A stretch of 49,321 nucleotides of DNA from positions 1 through 49,321 of the forward strand of contig NIVC01002988.1 in the NCBI GenBank assembly GCA_002269645.1, in the 5' to 3' direction. Below the pieces are notes generated by a model that was not told the DNA's origin, ran no database searches, and worked only from the letters and a program-made list of their open reading frames with translations. Positions 1 to 12,400 of this stretch are shown here, in pieces (the stretch's first letter is position 1; each line of letters opens with the position of its first letter). Origin of the DNA: Macrostomum lignano (taxonomy: Eukaryota). The position numbers and the translations under genes were made by a program.

Positions 1-460
1 GCAGGCTGCTAGTAGGTAGTGTCAGCAGGCTGCTAGTAGGTAGTGTCAGCAGGCTGCTAGTAGGTAGTGTCAGCAGGCTGCCAGTAGGTAGTGTCAGCAG
101 GCTGCTAGTAGGTAGTGTCAGCAGGCTGCTAGTAGGTAGTGTCAGCAGGCTGCCAGTAGGTAGTGTCAGCTGGCTGCTAGTAGGTAGTGTCAGCAGGCTG
201 CTAGTAGGTAGTGTCAGCTGGCTGCTAGTAGGTAGTGTCAGCAGGCTGCCAGTAGGTAGTGTCAGCAGACTGCTAGTAGGTAGTGTCAGCAGGCTGCTAG
301 TAGGTAGTGTCAGCAGGCTGCTAGTAGGTAGTGTCAGCAGGCTGCAGTAGGTAGTGTCAGCAGGCTGCTAGTAGGTAGTGTCAGCAGGCTGCCAGTAGGT
401 AGTGTCAGCAGGCTGCAGTAGGTAGTGTCAGCAGGCTGCCAGTAGGTAGTGTCAGCAGGC
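1..460. repeat. 24-bp minisatellite (GCAGGCTGCTAGTAGGTAGTGTCA)n, intronic
   Basis: Direct periodicity; the array ends about 10 bp before the acceptor at 470. Confidence 0.95.
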
Positions 461-470
461 AGTTCAACAG

Positions 471-3400
471 ACTTTCTGTCACTGGCCGCACTGCAGCTGC
501 CGAAAATTCTGCCCCAGGCGCTGTCTGCGCTACCCCACGAACTGGCTGACAGTGTGGAGAAACTGCTGGACAGGGAGGCGCGTCACCGACCCCCGCGCAG
601 ATGTTTTCCAAGGTGAGTGAAAGCGCTAACGACAGCTGCCTTGAGCAAGCTGTTTGACGAAGATTATTGGTCCTGTTTAACTTAATCGATTCTTACCTAA
701 ATGACTGGGCTCTAACTCTTTTAGTCTAGCTTCGTCGCTGTTTGGCTGAAGGTTCAAGCCCTGTTTAGCCTCTCCTCGTCGCTGATTGGCTGAAGATCCA
801 AGCCCCGTTTAGACCCTCCTCGTCGCTGATTGGCTGAAGGGTCTAACCCCGTTTATCCTCTCCTTGTCGCTGATTGGCTAAAGTGTATAACTCGGTTCTA
901 TAATCTAACATAATCTGCAAATGAAAAAAGTGAAAGATTAAAGAATGTAAGCAATGTTACCAGTTGCAGTACTCTACTTAAGGAGTCGACAACAATATTT
1001 GGTCTATTAGGAATTTTCTATACTTAAATTTTTCGATAATTTACTGGCAAGGCGATTGCTAACCAATTACCCGCACTCGAATTGCAGATCAAGTACTTTC
1101 AAGACCCCCTGCTGCTGGCGCTGGAAGGCCTCTCCACTTGCGAAGCAAAGACAATGGACCAGAAGAGGGAGTTTTTCAGCCTGCTGATGCAAACAATGAT
1201 GCGGGAACAGTTTCCCAAGGTAAAAAAGGGGTTGGCACCGTTTTTTGCTTCACTTCTGTTTGGGAGTGGGAGCGAGAGGAGATAAAAATAATCACAAAAT
1301 AATAGTTTTTCCCACACTGTCCTTTCACTTTGTTTATCATTGGCTTTTTATTTAGCGGAAGCATTGTCAGGAAATTTCAATTGTTGAACACATCTTAGTG
1401 GGCTCGCCTGTTGCCCGTTTCACCTGTCTACTATAGAGAATATGACATTGTTTAGGGGATCAATTCCCATTTATTTGAGCTTAAGGAATTTTTGCTGAGC
1501 TCTCTTCCCCTCTGCTGGGTTGTTTTCTCCTCTCCTCCTAAACTCTCCTCTCCACTCCTGAGTTCTCTTCTCCTGAGTTCTCTTCTCTCCTGAGTTCTCT
1601 TCTCTTGAGTTCTCTTCTCTCCTGAGTTCTCTTCTCTGAGTTCTCTTCTCCTGAGTTCTCTTCTCTCCTGAGTTCTCTTCTCTCCTAAGTTCTCTTCTCT
1701 TGAGTTCTCTTCTCCTGAGTTCTCTTCTCTCCTGAGTTCTCTTCTCTTGAGTTCTCTTCTCCTGAGTTCTCTTCTCTCCTGAGTTCTCTTCTCTCCTAAG
1801 TTCTCTTCTCCTGAGTTCTCTTCTCCTGAGTTCTCTTCTCTCCTGAGTTCTCTTTTCTCCTGAGTTCTCTTCTCCTGAGTTCTCTTCTCTCCTGAGTTCT
1901 CTTCTCTTGAGTTCTCTTCTCCTGAGTTCTCTTCTCTCCTGAGTTCCCTCTTCTCCTGAATTCTCTCCTCTCCTGAGCTGTTTTCTCCTGACCCGAGTTC
2001 TTTTCTCCTCTGCTGAGTTCTCTCCCTTAATCTGTTTCCCCCTTCTCAACCTTGGTCGCTTGACGATTTCCTTCATCCCTTGTTTAAGACTAACCAAAGC
2101 CTTTATCCGAGCTACAGGTGTATATGTGCTTCTCATCCCAATGCGCCAGTACTAATGCTTGTCTCCGGTTGTTTTCGACTTGATTTTTTTTGTTTTGTTC
2201 AAGCAGATCAGCGCGGAAGTGAAATTCGTGACAGATTCATCCCGGGATTTGCTCAGATTTCAGACTCGGATTACGACCAGCTTTGGCTCTTTCGATGGAA
2301 ACAACCTGTCCGAGATTTCACGAAAGGTGGCAACACTGAGCTGTTTAAACCAACCAGCCTGTCAATCATGCGAATTAAAACTGGATTTGCAGAGTCGGGG
2401 GCTGAATGAGTCTGGGCCATTGATGGCGCTAGTCGATGCAAAACAATCAGACAAAAGGCTTGACATCAGAAGTCTGGAGGAAGGCTGCTTTTTCAGGCAG
2501 TGAATTTATACTGGGCTATCACTAATTAATTGAAATTTGTCGATGAATTTTTCTCTAAAATTAGAGCTGCATTTATGAGCTGACGGAAATTTAACAAGCG
2601 CTTTCAGGTGACTTGAGTGCGGCAGCCTATTTTAATTTTTTGCAGCTGAAACCGTGGCACAAGCAGCGAGTATTATTGATTCAATTATCTCTGAAAAAAC
2701 ACAGAACAGATTGAATCCTCCTTCTGAGAGCAGAGCAGGACTGAACCCCCCTTCTGAGAGCAGAGCAGGACTGAACCTTCCTTCTGAGAGCAGAGCAGGA
2801 CTGAACCCCCCTTCTGAGAGCAGAGCAGGACTGAATCCCCCTCCTGAGAACAGAGAAGGACTGAACCCCCCTTCTGAGCACAGAGCAGGACTGAATCCCC
2901 CCTTCTGAGAGCAGAGCAGGACTGAACCCCCCTTCTGAGAACAGAGCAGGACTGAACCCCCTTCTGAGAGCAGAGAAGGACTGAATCCCCCTTCTGAGAA
3001 CAGAGCAGGACTGAACCCCCCTTCTGAGAACAGAGCAGGACTGAACCCCCTTCTGAGAACAGAGCAGGACTGACCCCCCTTCTGAGAACAGAGCAGCTCC
3101 AAGGTGAACGCGTCTGACTCCCGCTCCATGGTAGTGCATAGCCCTCCTGCAAACAATTACTTTTTGCAAGCTTCCGTTCACCTTTGCAGGCTATTCTGCT
3201 TAAGCGGGTGGTGCCACTGCTGGTTGAGAACCTGCACCAGGCGGCTGAGCTCACCCACTTCGTGCTGCCCTGCCTGTTCCAGGCGGTTGTGCAGGCCACT
3301 CGGGTTGAGTTTGCTGCTCACCTGTGCGAGCCGCTGCTGGAGCTGCTGCGCCGGCCCAAGACTGCTCAGGTGCGGCCTGATTCTGTGTGCGCGTTTGCTT

Positions 3401-6400
3401 GAACAAATGTAGGTCATGAAGGCTCAACAGTTTTGGCACCTTCAAAATTTTTGGCGTAGCTCAAGTATGCACGGTACCGTTAATTTTTACCTTCAATAAG
3501 TAGGCTTTGCCCATTAATCAGTGAATGGTTGCAGATTTTATTGAATTTTCCTCATCCTTGATCTTGTTGATTAAATGGCGAGGCCACTAGTGGATTATCT
3601 CAGGGTCTTTCAAAATTCACTCGTTTCTAAACAGAACATCTGAACCTTTGTATTGTTTCTTCAAGTGATTTTGCGAGCCATTTTCCAAAGTCGGGGCTCT
3701 AAACTCCATCTTAGGAATTAGATAGCAAGAAACCTCTTGGCCCTACCTTTGCTTCTCTGAATATTGGCATTTGCTATGTACCATTAACTTGTAGACCAGT
3801 CTGGTCATAGTCGAGCACATTGATGTTCTGGTTGACAAACTCTCAGACGAGGACATCAGAGAAGACCTGCTGCCTCTGGTGTTTGCGATGCTGGAGTCCA
3901 ACAGCGCGTCCGGACAAGTAAGTCTCGGCGTTGGTGGGAACCTGGGTGACTGGTTGAAGATTTGGTTAGATATCTAGGAACTTTACGAACTTGTGAGGCA
4001 CGGGTGACGCGTTAAACACTTGAATGTTGCAGAGTAGATTTTACACCATTGTCCCGCACGTCTCGCAGGAGGCGGCTCTGAACTCCTTCGCTGTACTGCA
4101 AGATCACATCGACGAGCAGACGATGCGCCGGCTAATTCTGCCAAAGGCGAAAGCCGTCTTCTGCCGCAGCTCCAGCCTGCTGCCTGTGAGTAAAGATTCA
4201 GACAGTCATGTTACAGTTAGCCTACTCATAATAGATAAAAGTGCGTTTTATCGATTCTTCAGATGCAAATCAACGCGCTGGCCTGCATAGATCAGTTGAT
4301 TGATCGGCTGGACAAGATGATCATTTTGGAGGAGATTTTGCCGTTCCTTCTGGAAATCAACTTTACGGACACCGACATTTATATGGCAGTTATTCGTGAG
4401 TAATGTCATCTTTTTTACTTGTTCAGTTCAGTCAAGGGCAATTCAGAAGTAATCGTTAATTCGACAGATATCTACAAGCATATGCTTTCCGACAAGAAGT
4501 TCGGCCTGACCTTCAGCCTGATTGCCACTAAAGTGCTGCCGCACCTCATTCCCTACACTGTCAATCCAAATCTGAGGCGTGAGGACTTTCGCGTTGTCAT
4601 GGAAACGCTCAGTTTGATGTGGATGCGTCTGGAGAACGGCCGGTCCGCTCAAATGAAGCTGACGGAGGTCAACGGAAGCGACTCGATGGAGGACTCCGGG
4701 TGAGGATGCTGAAAAAGCAGGGTGGCACCGCGATGACTGTACTCTCTTCTACAATTACACAACCATTATAAATAGCCAAAGACACCGAGTTCCATTCCGA
4801 ATGCAGCCAGATATTCTGTGCATCCTGTGTGAGCGAGTGCCTGCAATGTGCATCGTGTGTGTGAATCGTCGTGTGCTTGCCTCCTGCATGGTCGCCTTAA
4901 TTTGAGGCAATATTCAAAGCCCTTTGCAACTAGCTATGCTTATATTTCTGATGCTCTTTCCACACCCTTGACTCGCAAGATTAACCTCAGTTAGATCTGA
5001 TTTTATATCAACACAGCACCGAATAACACTTCTGGTCTTTTTTCCGATAAGACGTCCAACTGCGGTGTCCTTGACGTCGAAAGTGACGCACCCGATCATT
5101 TTCTGGGCGTTTGCGGAGCGTTGGTGGGCAATTGAATGGGCTGATTTAATGCGTCCAGAAAGTTGTCTACCTGGATTCAGTTTTTACTATAGAGCTTAGT
5201 AGAGTTGTAAGCGCACGAAATGAATTTAGTTCCGAAAATGAAAACTCTTCAGCAGCCACACCAGGCCGCCGCTCATCACCATGCAGCAGCCGAGCTTCGA
5301 GTCTGAACTGACGCTAATGGTAGACGATGACGACAAGTTTCAGCATCGCAGGCGGAGCTCCTCCGGTCTGCAGCGCAAGGAGCAGATTAAGAAGCTTAAC
5401 GAGACAGCTACCGGTGTGCACTCCAATCCAGGTAGGGTTAGGGCCTGTTCGGACTAACACTTATCTACGGCTATTGAATTATTAACTAGCCAGTTCTTTA
5501 TGATCAATAAGCTTGATGGCGATGTGTTGAACTTATTCCATAATTAATTCGCATATAAGCACTCCTGAGTCTGATTGCTTTCCAGATTTATAGTCAATTT
5601 TATTTGTAGTGTATTGATTGCAGAATGTTTGCTTATCCAGACACTCCGGATCAAAAGTGCGAAAGCCCGGTCTGTCCCCGATCCGACAATGTGCTAAGCA
5701 GCGCTGAAAAATTTCCCGGAGTCACTTTGTTCCGACCAATTATCCAATTACAATGCCAAGCAGGCTTTAGCTGACAGGTGAGCCAAATGCTTGTGACAGC
5801 TGAGCCGATCTCATGCAAGCATCCAAGATGGCCGTGACGAATTGGACCCAGTGAGACTTGCTGCAAAAATCCAGTGATTTATGACTTCCAAAGCCGTCGT
5901 TTTATCATTATTCTAATGGAGAAGCTTTTTTTGTCTGCCATTATTTGGCATGATGAGTGGAGCATGGTCCCACACTTTGCTAGAGTTCTTTGCGACGAGT
6001 GCTTTTGGGATTTCGTTATAAGGCCGAGCAAAAACAAGAGAATGATCACGTAAAATTGATGGAAGCGTTATTATATCATCAAAATCAAGTGATGTAGAAA
6101 AACATTTTTTAACAACTCGGACTGCGAGGGAAGATGGAGTGGCTGTCGGAGCTTGGGGTTAGGGAGAGCTAGGGAGTGAGGTGGCTGTCGGAGCTTGGGG
6201 TTAGGGAGGGCTAGGGAGTGAGGTGGCTGTCGGAGCTTGGGGTTAGGGAGGGCTAGGGAGTGAGGTGGCTGTCGGAGCTTGGGTTAGGGAGGGCTAGGGA
6301 GTGAGGTGGCTGTCGGAGCTTGGGGTTAGGGAGGGCTAGGGAGTGAGGTGGCTGTCGGAGCTTGGGGTTAGGGAGGGCTAGGGAGTGAGGTGGCTGTCGG

Positions 6401-9400
6401 AGCTTGGGGTTAGGGAGGGCTAGGGAGTGAGGAGGCTGTCGGAGCTTGGGATTAGGGAGAGCTAGGGAGTGAGGTGGCTGTTAACAAAGATTTAACATTT
6501 GAAGGAGTAAATTAAAAGCTTTGACGAGTGAAGGGGTCTGAGGACTTTGCTGGAAAAAATTCATGCTGGAATGACTTCCTTAGTAAGCGACAAGTCCTTA
6601 GTAGAGCTACAAGCTATCATATGCCGTCCAAGGCCTGCACAAGAAGCCCGGCCAGTTCAAGACCGAATAAAATTCGCAACCAAGCGAGCCAAACCAATTT
6701 TCGCAGACCTGTCGGCCGCTCCGCTAAGCAAGCGCATCGAGGCCATCTCCAAGCTGTTGGAGGCGAGCAGGGCAGGCGATATAACCAATGCGATATCGCG
6801 GTACCGAGACTCGCGAAGGCGCAGCTCCCTGACTCGGCAAACTTCAGAGGACAATGTGATGCGAAGGCCCAGCCATGGGAACCCGAGTCCCAGTCGCCTG
6901 TGCGACTCAGGTGCTGTCTCTGGGATGAGGAAAGATGGGAAAGGGATGTGTTGAAAAAAAACTGATAAGCTGAGGTTGGAAAACATTATAACACTATAAG
7001 GAATAATAGTACTTAGACTTTTGGGGAATTCTAAAGGCTATAGTGTTACACATTACAGTGCTAAGTAGCCTCAGATCTTCTATCACAGAGTGGTCGTATG
7101 TCTCAAAGAATTAGCTTTGAGGGATTTTCGTGTCTTACAACGGGCTCCCCTGACACCGAAATCTGCTCTTAGTTCGTCCTAATGAAATGATTTTCTGTGT
7201 GCCTACTAATTGTATGAGTACATGCTCAACAAAAATAGGGGTACGAACTTGAAGCGTAAACATTACAGAAATGACTGGTCAGTGATTCGGTCATTGAGTT
7301 AGCATTAGTAACAATATCTGGATTGGCCCATGCCAAGCCCCATTTAGCTCATACTATCCACTGTCGCATGCTTTGGTCCGTGTGTCTCGTTATACCATCT
7401 CGCAAGTAATCGCAGCCTAGATGACTATTTATTTTGTTTTTTTTCATCCTTTCCTGGTTACTAAGCGGTCTGTATCAGACTACTGCATGCTCGCTCGCAC
7501 TCGGTAGCTGACTTGCACATCACTATTTTGTTTTCCTATGCCAATGTAAGCCGTTGTTTACTTTTTTATGCCGGATAGCTTTTCTTTAATAGCCTCTTTA
7601 GCCATCTACATCGGAGTTGGATGCCCTATCTGTTTATCAGGTCAGTTCAATAGGCGGCCACTTGAAGACACTTGTGTGCGCTATTCTTCGCTTGCAGCTT
7701 GAGAGACAATGCAGTTGGCTCCTTCCTGTCCCTGATGGATTTAGAATATGGCCCCAATTATGATCACGAGCACCGGTAATAGCAGTTGAAAAGAGAGACA
7801 GTGTACAGGTAGCACTATAGCTGGGTAACTCGAGTTCAACAGTGCCTACTAGTGGACAGATGAGCAATTCAGTTTAAAAAGACGACGTTGCATGCCGTCA
7901 GTAGGCTTTGCATAAACAAATTATTTAATATCTCCTTTGAAAATCAATAGAAGAGATAGCGAGATAGAAATCGAGTTTAATAGGCCGTTTATTCATCAGA
8001 AACAACTTTGCTTTAGTCAGCTGAGTCGTACTCATAGGATGCAATGTAATTAGGGATGCTGATAAGCTTTCGTGGAATAAGCTTTCCCTTTTCGCTGCTA
8101 TTGTCAGATAAAATAGTTCGATATTGGATTGTTTTCTCAGCCACGGCTTCCAGAAGACGAGAACCTCTTCTTCTTCCAGTCATAGGTCCCGGGAGACGAG
8201 AAACTCTTCTTCTTCCAGTCGTAGGTCCCGGGAGACGAGAACCTCTTCTTCTTCCAGTCATAGGTCCCGGGAGACGAGAACCTCTTCTTCTTCCAGTCAT
8301 AGGTCCCGGAAGACGAGAACCTCTTCTTCTTCCAGTCATAGGTTCCAGGAGACGAGAACCTCTTCTTCTTCCAGTCATAGGTCCCGGGAGACGAGAACCT
8401 CTTCTTCTTCCAGTCATAGGTCCCGGGAGACGAGAACCTCTTCTTCTTCCAGTCATAGGTCCCGGAAGACGAGAACCTCTTCTTCTTCCAGTCATAGGTT
8501 CCTAGAGACGAGAACCTCTTCTTCTTCCAGTCATAGGTCCCGGGAGACGAGAACCTCTTCTTCTTCCAGTCATAGGTTCCAGGAGACGAGAACCTTTTCT
8601 TCTTCCAGTCATAGGTTCCAGGAGACGAGAACCTCTTCTTCTTCCAGTCATAGGTCCCGGGAGACGAGAACCTCTTCTTCTTCCAGTCATAGGTCCCGGG
8701 AGACGAGAACCTCTTCTTCTTCCAGTCATAGGTCCCGGAAGACGAGAACCTCTTCTTCTTCCAGTCATAGGTTCCTAGAGACGAGAACCTCTTCTTCTTC
8801 CAGTCATAGGTCCCGGGAGACGAGAACCTCTTCTTCTTCCAGTCATAGGTTCCAGGAGACGAGAACCTCTTCTTCTTCCAGTCATAGGTTCCAGGAGACG
8901 AGAACCTCTTCTTCTTCCAGTCATAGGTTCCAGGAGACGAGAACCTCTTCTTCTTCCAGTCGTAGGTCCCGGGAGAAGAGAATCGTTTTGCCTTTTCCAG
9001 GTCACCTTTCGACTCGGTCAGGTGCTGATTCTGCGTCATCTCCGCTGAGCGGACTTCGCATAGAATCCAGGTCAATATTACGACGCAAGCTACGGCCCTA
9101 CGCATGCTGGCTACAGCTGTCGTGCTGAATTTCTTATGGCTTCGAAGTGATTATGGAAAAGGAAACGAAGTTCTGAGTCCCAGCCGGTTCGAGTTCGAAG
9201 TTCACGAGCAGGACTAACAGCAGGGATGTCAGGGGGATATTGCTAGGGCTTTTATTGTGTAGAGCATTCTCGGGTTGCGTGTTTTGGCTGCATCTCTTCA
9301 CCCTGCCGTAGCCAATGGGATAACGATTCGGTACCCGCCAACTCAAGCAATAGCATTTTGAGTCTTCCCTAATTCCTCAGTAATCTTAATACATCCATGG

Positions 9401-12400
9401 TAGTTAGCTAGATTTTCATCATTACTTCCTTTCAAACTGCTTCACGTAATTATTTTAATCCTTCCATTTAGCTTAAGGAGAAATTTTGCAGAACCATCGC
9501 ACATTGGGAAATGAGATCATAAGCTCTCATAAGTGGTTCTATGAAAAGTGAAACAAGATTAAAAACTCTCTAACAACACATGCCGCATGCTTCTTTCACG
9601 AATTTCTAAATCCGATAAAACTTCTGACCTATCGCCTCGATAGCAGGTATACAAAACAAGCCTGTTCTCTCGTTGATGCGTTTCCTTTGTTGCCTTTAGT
9701 TGCACCGACTCCGACTGTCAAGTTTCGCTTGCACGAACGTCAGGCCGATTGCTCTCAGGTGTGCAGAAGATGTAACATGTGGTTGCCCAGTAATTTTTTC
9801 CGTTCCCAGATGGTTGCAGTTCAGCCGAAGCCAGGTGCAGTCGGGGGAAGAACGGATGTAGATGAGGCAAGGATAATAAGCTGAGAGGGCTAAGGTCTGT
9901 TGCAGAGTGGATGGCTTAGCACTCGTGTCTATACTGCTAAGTCGATATTGAATTCTCCACAGCCGCAAAGCTAGTGTTGCCCGCCCCATACCCAATTAGC
10001 TATGCAAGCAAAGAGCTGCTCAGGGTATGAAAGACAAAAGTTCTTTACGAATAAAAATTCTAAGACCAAGCTTTAGTCCATTTATGGATTGTGGAACTTT
10101 TAGTGTTCCATTGCTTAAACCGGATACTGTATTTTGACAGTTATATTGTAGCTTTGCAGACTTTACTCAGTAAAGGATCTAAAAAATGAAATGCACCTGA
10201 CACCAACCTCACTCATTCGCATTCAGTAGCAACATCTCGTTCGGGGATGAAACCTTAGGTTACCCATTTGCGTCACGTGACGACAAGACGTGCCTTCTAT
10301 TAGTGATGATAAATCGATTAAATTCAATAAATTTTAAACCTCGATGCACTTTCTTTAAAATCTTTCTGTATTCGTGTAAAATCATTTCCACCGTTTTGTT
10401 TCCATTTGATGGATTTTTTAACCAAGGCAAGCCAGCACTGTCACCGCCCCGGATGAAACATATCCTGTTTCTTTCATGTAAAATGCGTTTTGAAACTACA
10501 GATGTCGCATAATCTTGGCAAGCTTTAGTTCAAGTGAAACACCGTCTTCCCCCTGCAGGCGAGGACCCCGTGGTGAAGATGGGAAAAACGGGAAGCAGTC
10601 CGTCCTTCAGTCTGCGCGCCAGTCCTCGGAAAGGCTCGGCAACTGACGTATTTTGTGCCAGCGGTACCGCAGTGAGTGGCGACAAACTTTGATCTTCCTA
10701 TTTGCAGCAGATAAAGCCCCTAGCTTATAGTTAGTGACTAGTAGAATAGTTTTCAATTGGTAGTAAGCACTTTTTGTTATCTGTGCATAAATCCATACAG
10801 GAGCTGCAGTCAACTCACTGAGCCATGCCCATGCACGATGCGTTCCTAATTCCATTAGGTATCAGCCTACATACTCATATACCCGGTATACTCTTCCCAG
10901 CCCTAATCCCATTAAGTTCCGTTGATGCTTACGAGTAAGTTACGCTGCTGAAGCCTAACTTGCAAATCGAACTAAATAACATAATAGATGGAGCGCTGAT
11001 TCACTCTAGCTAGTCCATCCGTACAGTTCAAGCGGTGGAGGCTTTTGTTTTGTTGTGCTTTTTTAGAATTAGATTTTCCGAATGTCAGATTGAAACGCGC
11101 AGACAAAAATGTACCTTATCCCCTAGAAACTGAAACCAGAGCACTCTCGCAAACCTCAGTTTTGATTTAATCGCAACCCCGAAAAAACTGTCAGTCCAGC
11201 GCATCGTCAGTTGCTGGCGACAGTGCAGCCTCCGCTGCATCCCGCATTAAAAGCGGCTCGCTCGGCACCCATCCGGACTGTCTGCGGGTGCACCAACCGC
11301 CGCAGCACTCCCTCTCCGTGCCCATCATTGTCACTACATCGGCTGATGCTGATGCAGAGCAGGCAGCGGCTCAGATTCTACTCCCTGAGGATAACAGAGG
11401 TCGACAGAGGCTGCTACATCTCCACCAGCATCACCAGTACCATCAGAACCAACAGCAGCAGCAGCCGCAGCAGCCGCAGCAGCACCGCTGGCCGAACCGC
11501 TGCCAGCAGCCGCCCAGGCTGATGATAACGCATCACTTTGAGCAGCATCAGCCGCGCAGTCGGAGTCTGGACGTGACGCCCCATCCTCCAATCGGGGAGT
11601 CGATGTCTGCTGCGAGGCGTCACTTGTACAGCAGCAGTGTACGAGCGCCGCTGCTGCACCTTCTGCCCTTTATCCAAATCTCTCTGTCTACAGTTTGATT
11701 TGCTTTTGAATTTTGAAAAGCTTAATTGATGTTTTGCTAGCCACGTTGTATCAGTCGTGTGTCTGTCCAGTTCATGTGCTCTGTGCCTGATGCCTCACCA
11801 GTCAGGCAATCTTTTATATTGTCCTGTGTCCATTGACTATCTACGAGTATCCCTGTAGCCTCTGCGTTCCTTAACTTATATTTGAACTGCTTGCTGGATT
11901 TTCAAATTCGTCCCATTTCGGCTAGCTGCCAAAATCCCATAGCTTTAAACCTCAATATTTTAATGATTTCTTTGAAGTGGCCTTACAATTCGAAGTTTAA
12001 AAGGAAAAATTGCACCAGCTGTCAATGAGGTAAGGGGCCCCTGGGCTGCTCGAAACGCAAAGATTCAAGCCAGGAATTTTTCCTGAAGGCATCTTCTAGT
12101 GAGAATTCATCAGTTTCCCACGATCTAGCCGTATTTTGTTTTATGTACCCTATTCCCTCACGATGGGGGCTGAGAAGGACAGGGCGGTTACACCAGCATC
12201 CATACTCCCAAAGTGCTTCATCATTTCGCAATTGCGATTTTTATGCCGTAAAAAGCTCTTCCAATAATCTCTACCGGCTTTATGGATTTATCAGCCATTT
12301 TGGCGGAGCAATTCCAGCTCAAGCAGACGATGAAGCTATATTTGATGAGGCCCGATTCCTCAGTGTCGCACGCCAAGTCGCAATTTCCTGGATCGGCTGC

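Noticed and set aside
1471-3299. Repeat ORFs (EKRTQERRELRR; PPSESRAGLN)
   Set aside because: Products of intronic minisatellites, with no splice or start support
8124-9128. 334-aa plus-strand ORF with RTSSSSSHRSRE repeats (SR-protein-like)
   Set aside because: It is the antisense shadow of the precursor: non-ATG start, no signal peptide or domain, and repeat variants that are non-synonymous in this frame but silent in the minus frame
9687-9995. Short ORFs on both strands upstream of the peptide precursor
   Set aside because: No recognisable motif or clear splice signals; could be UTR or promoter sequence
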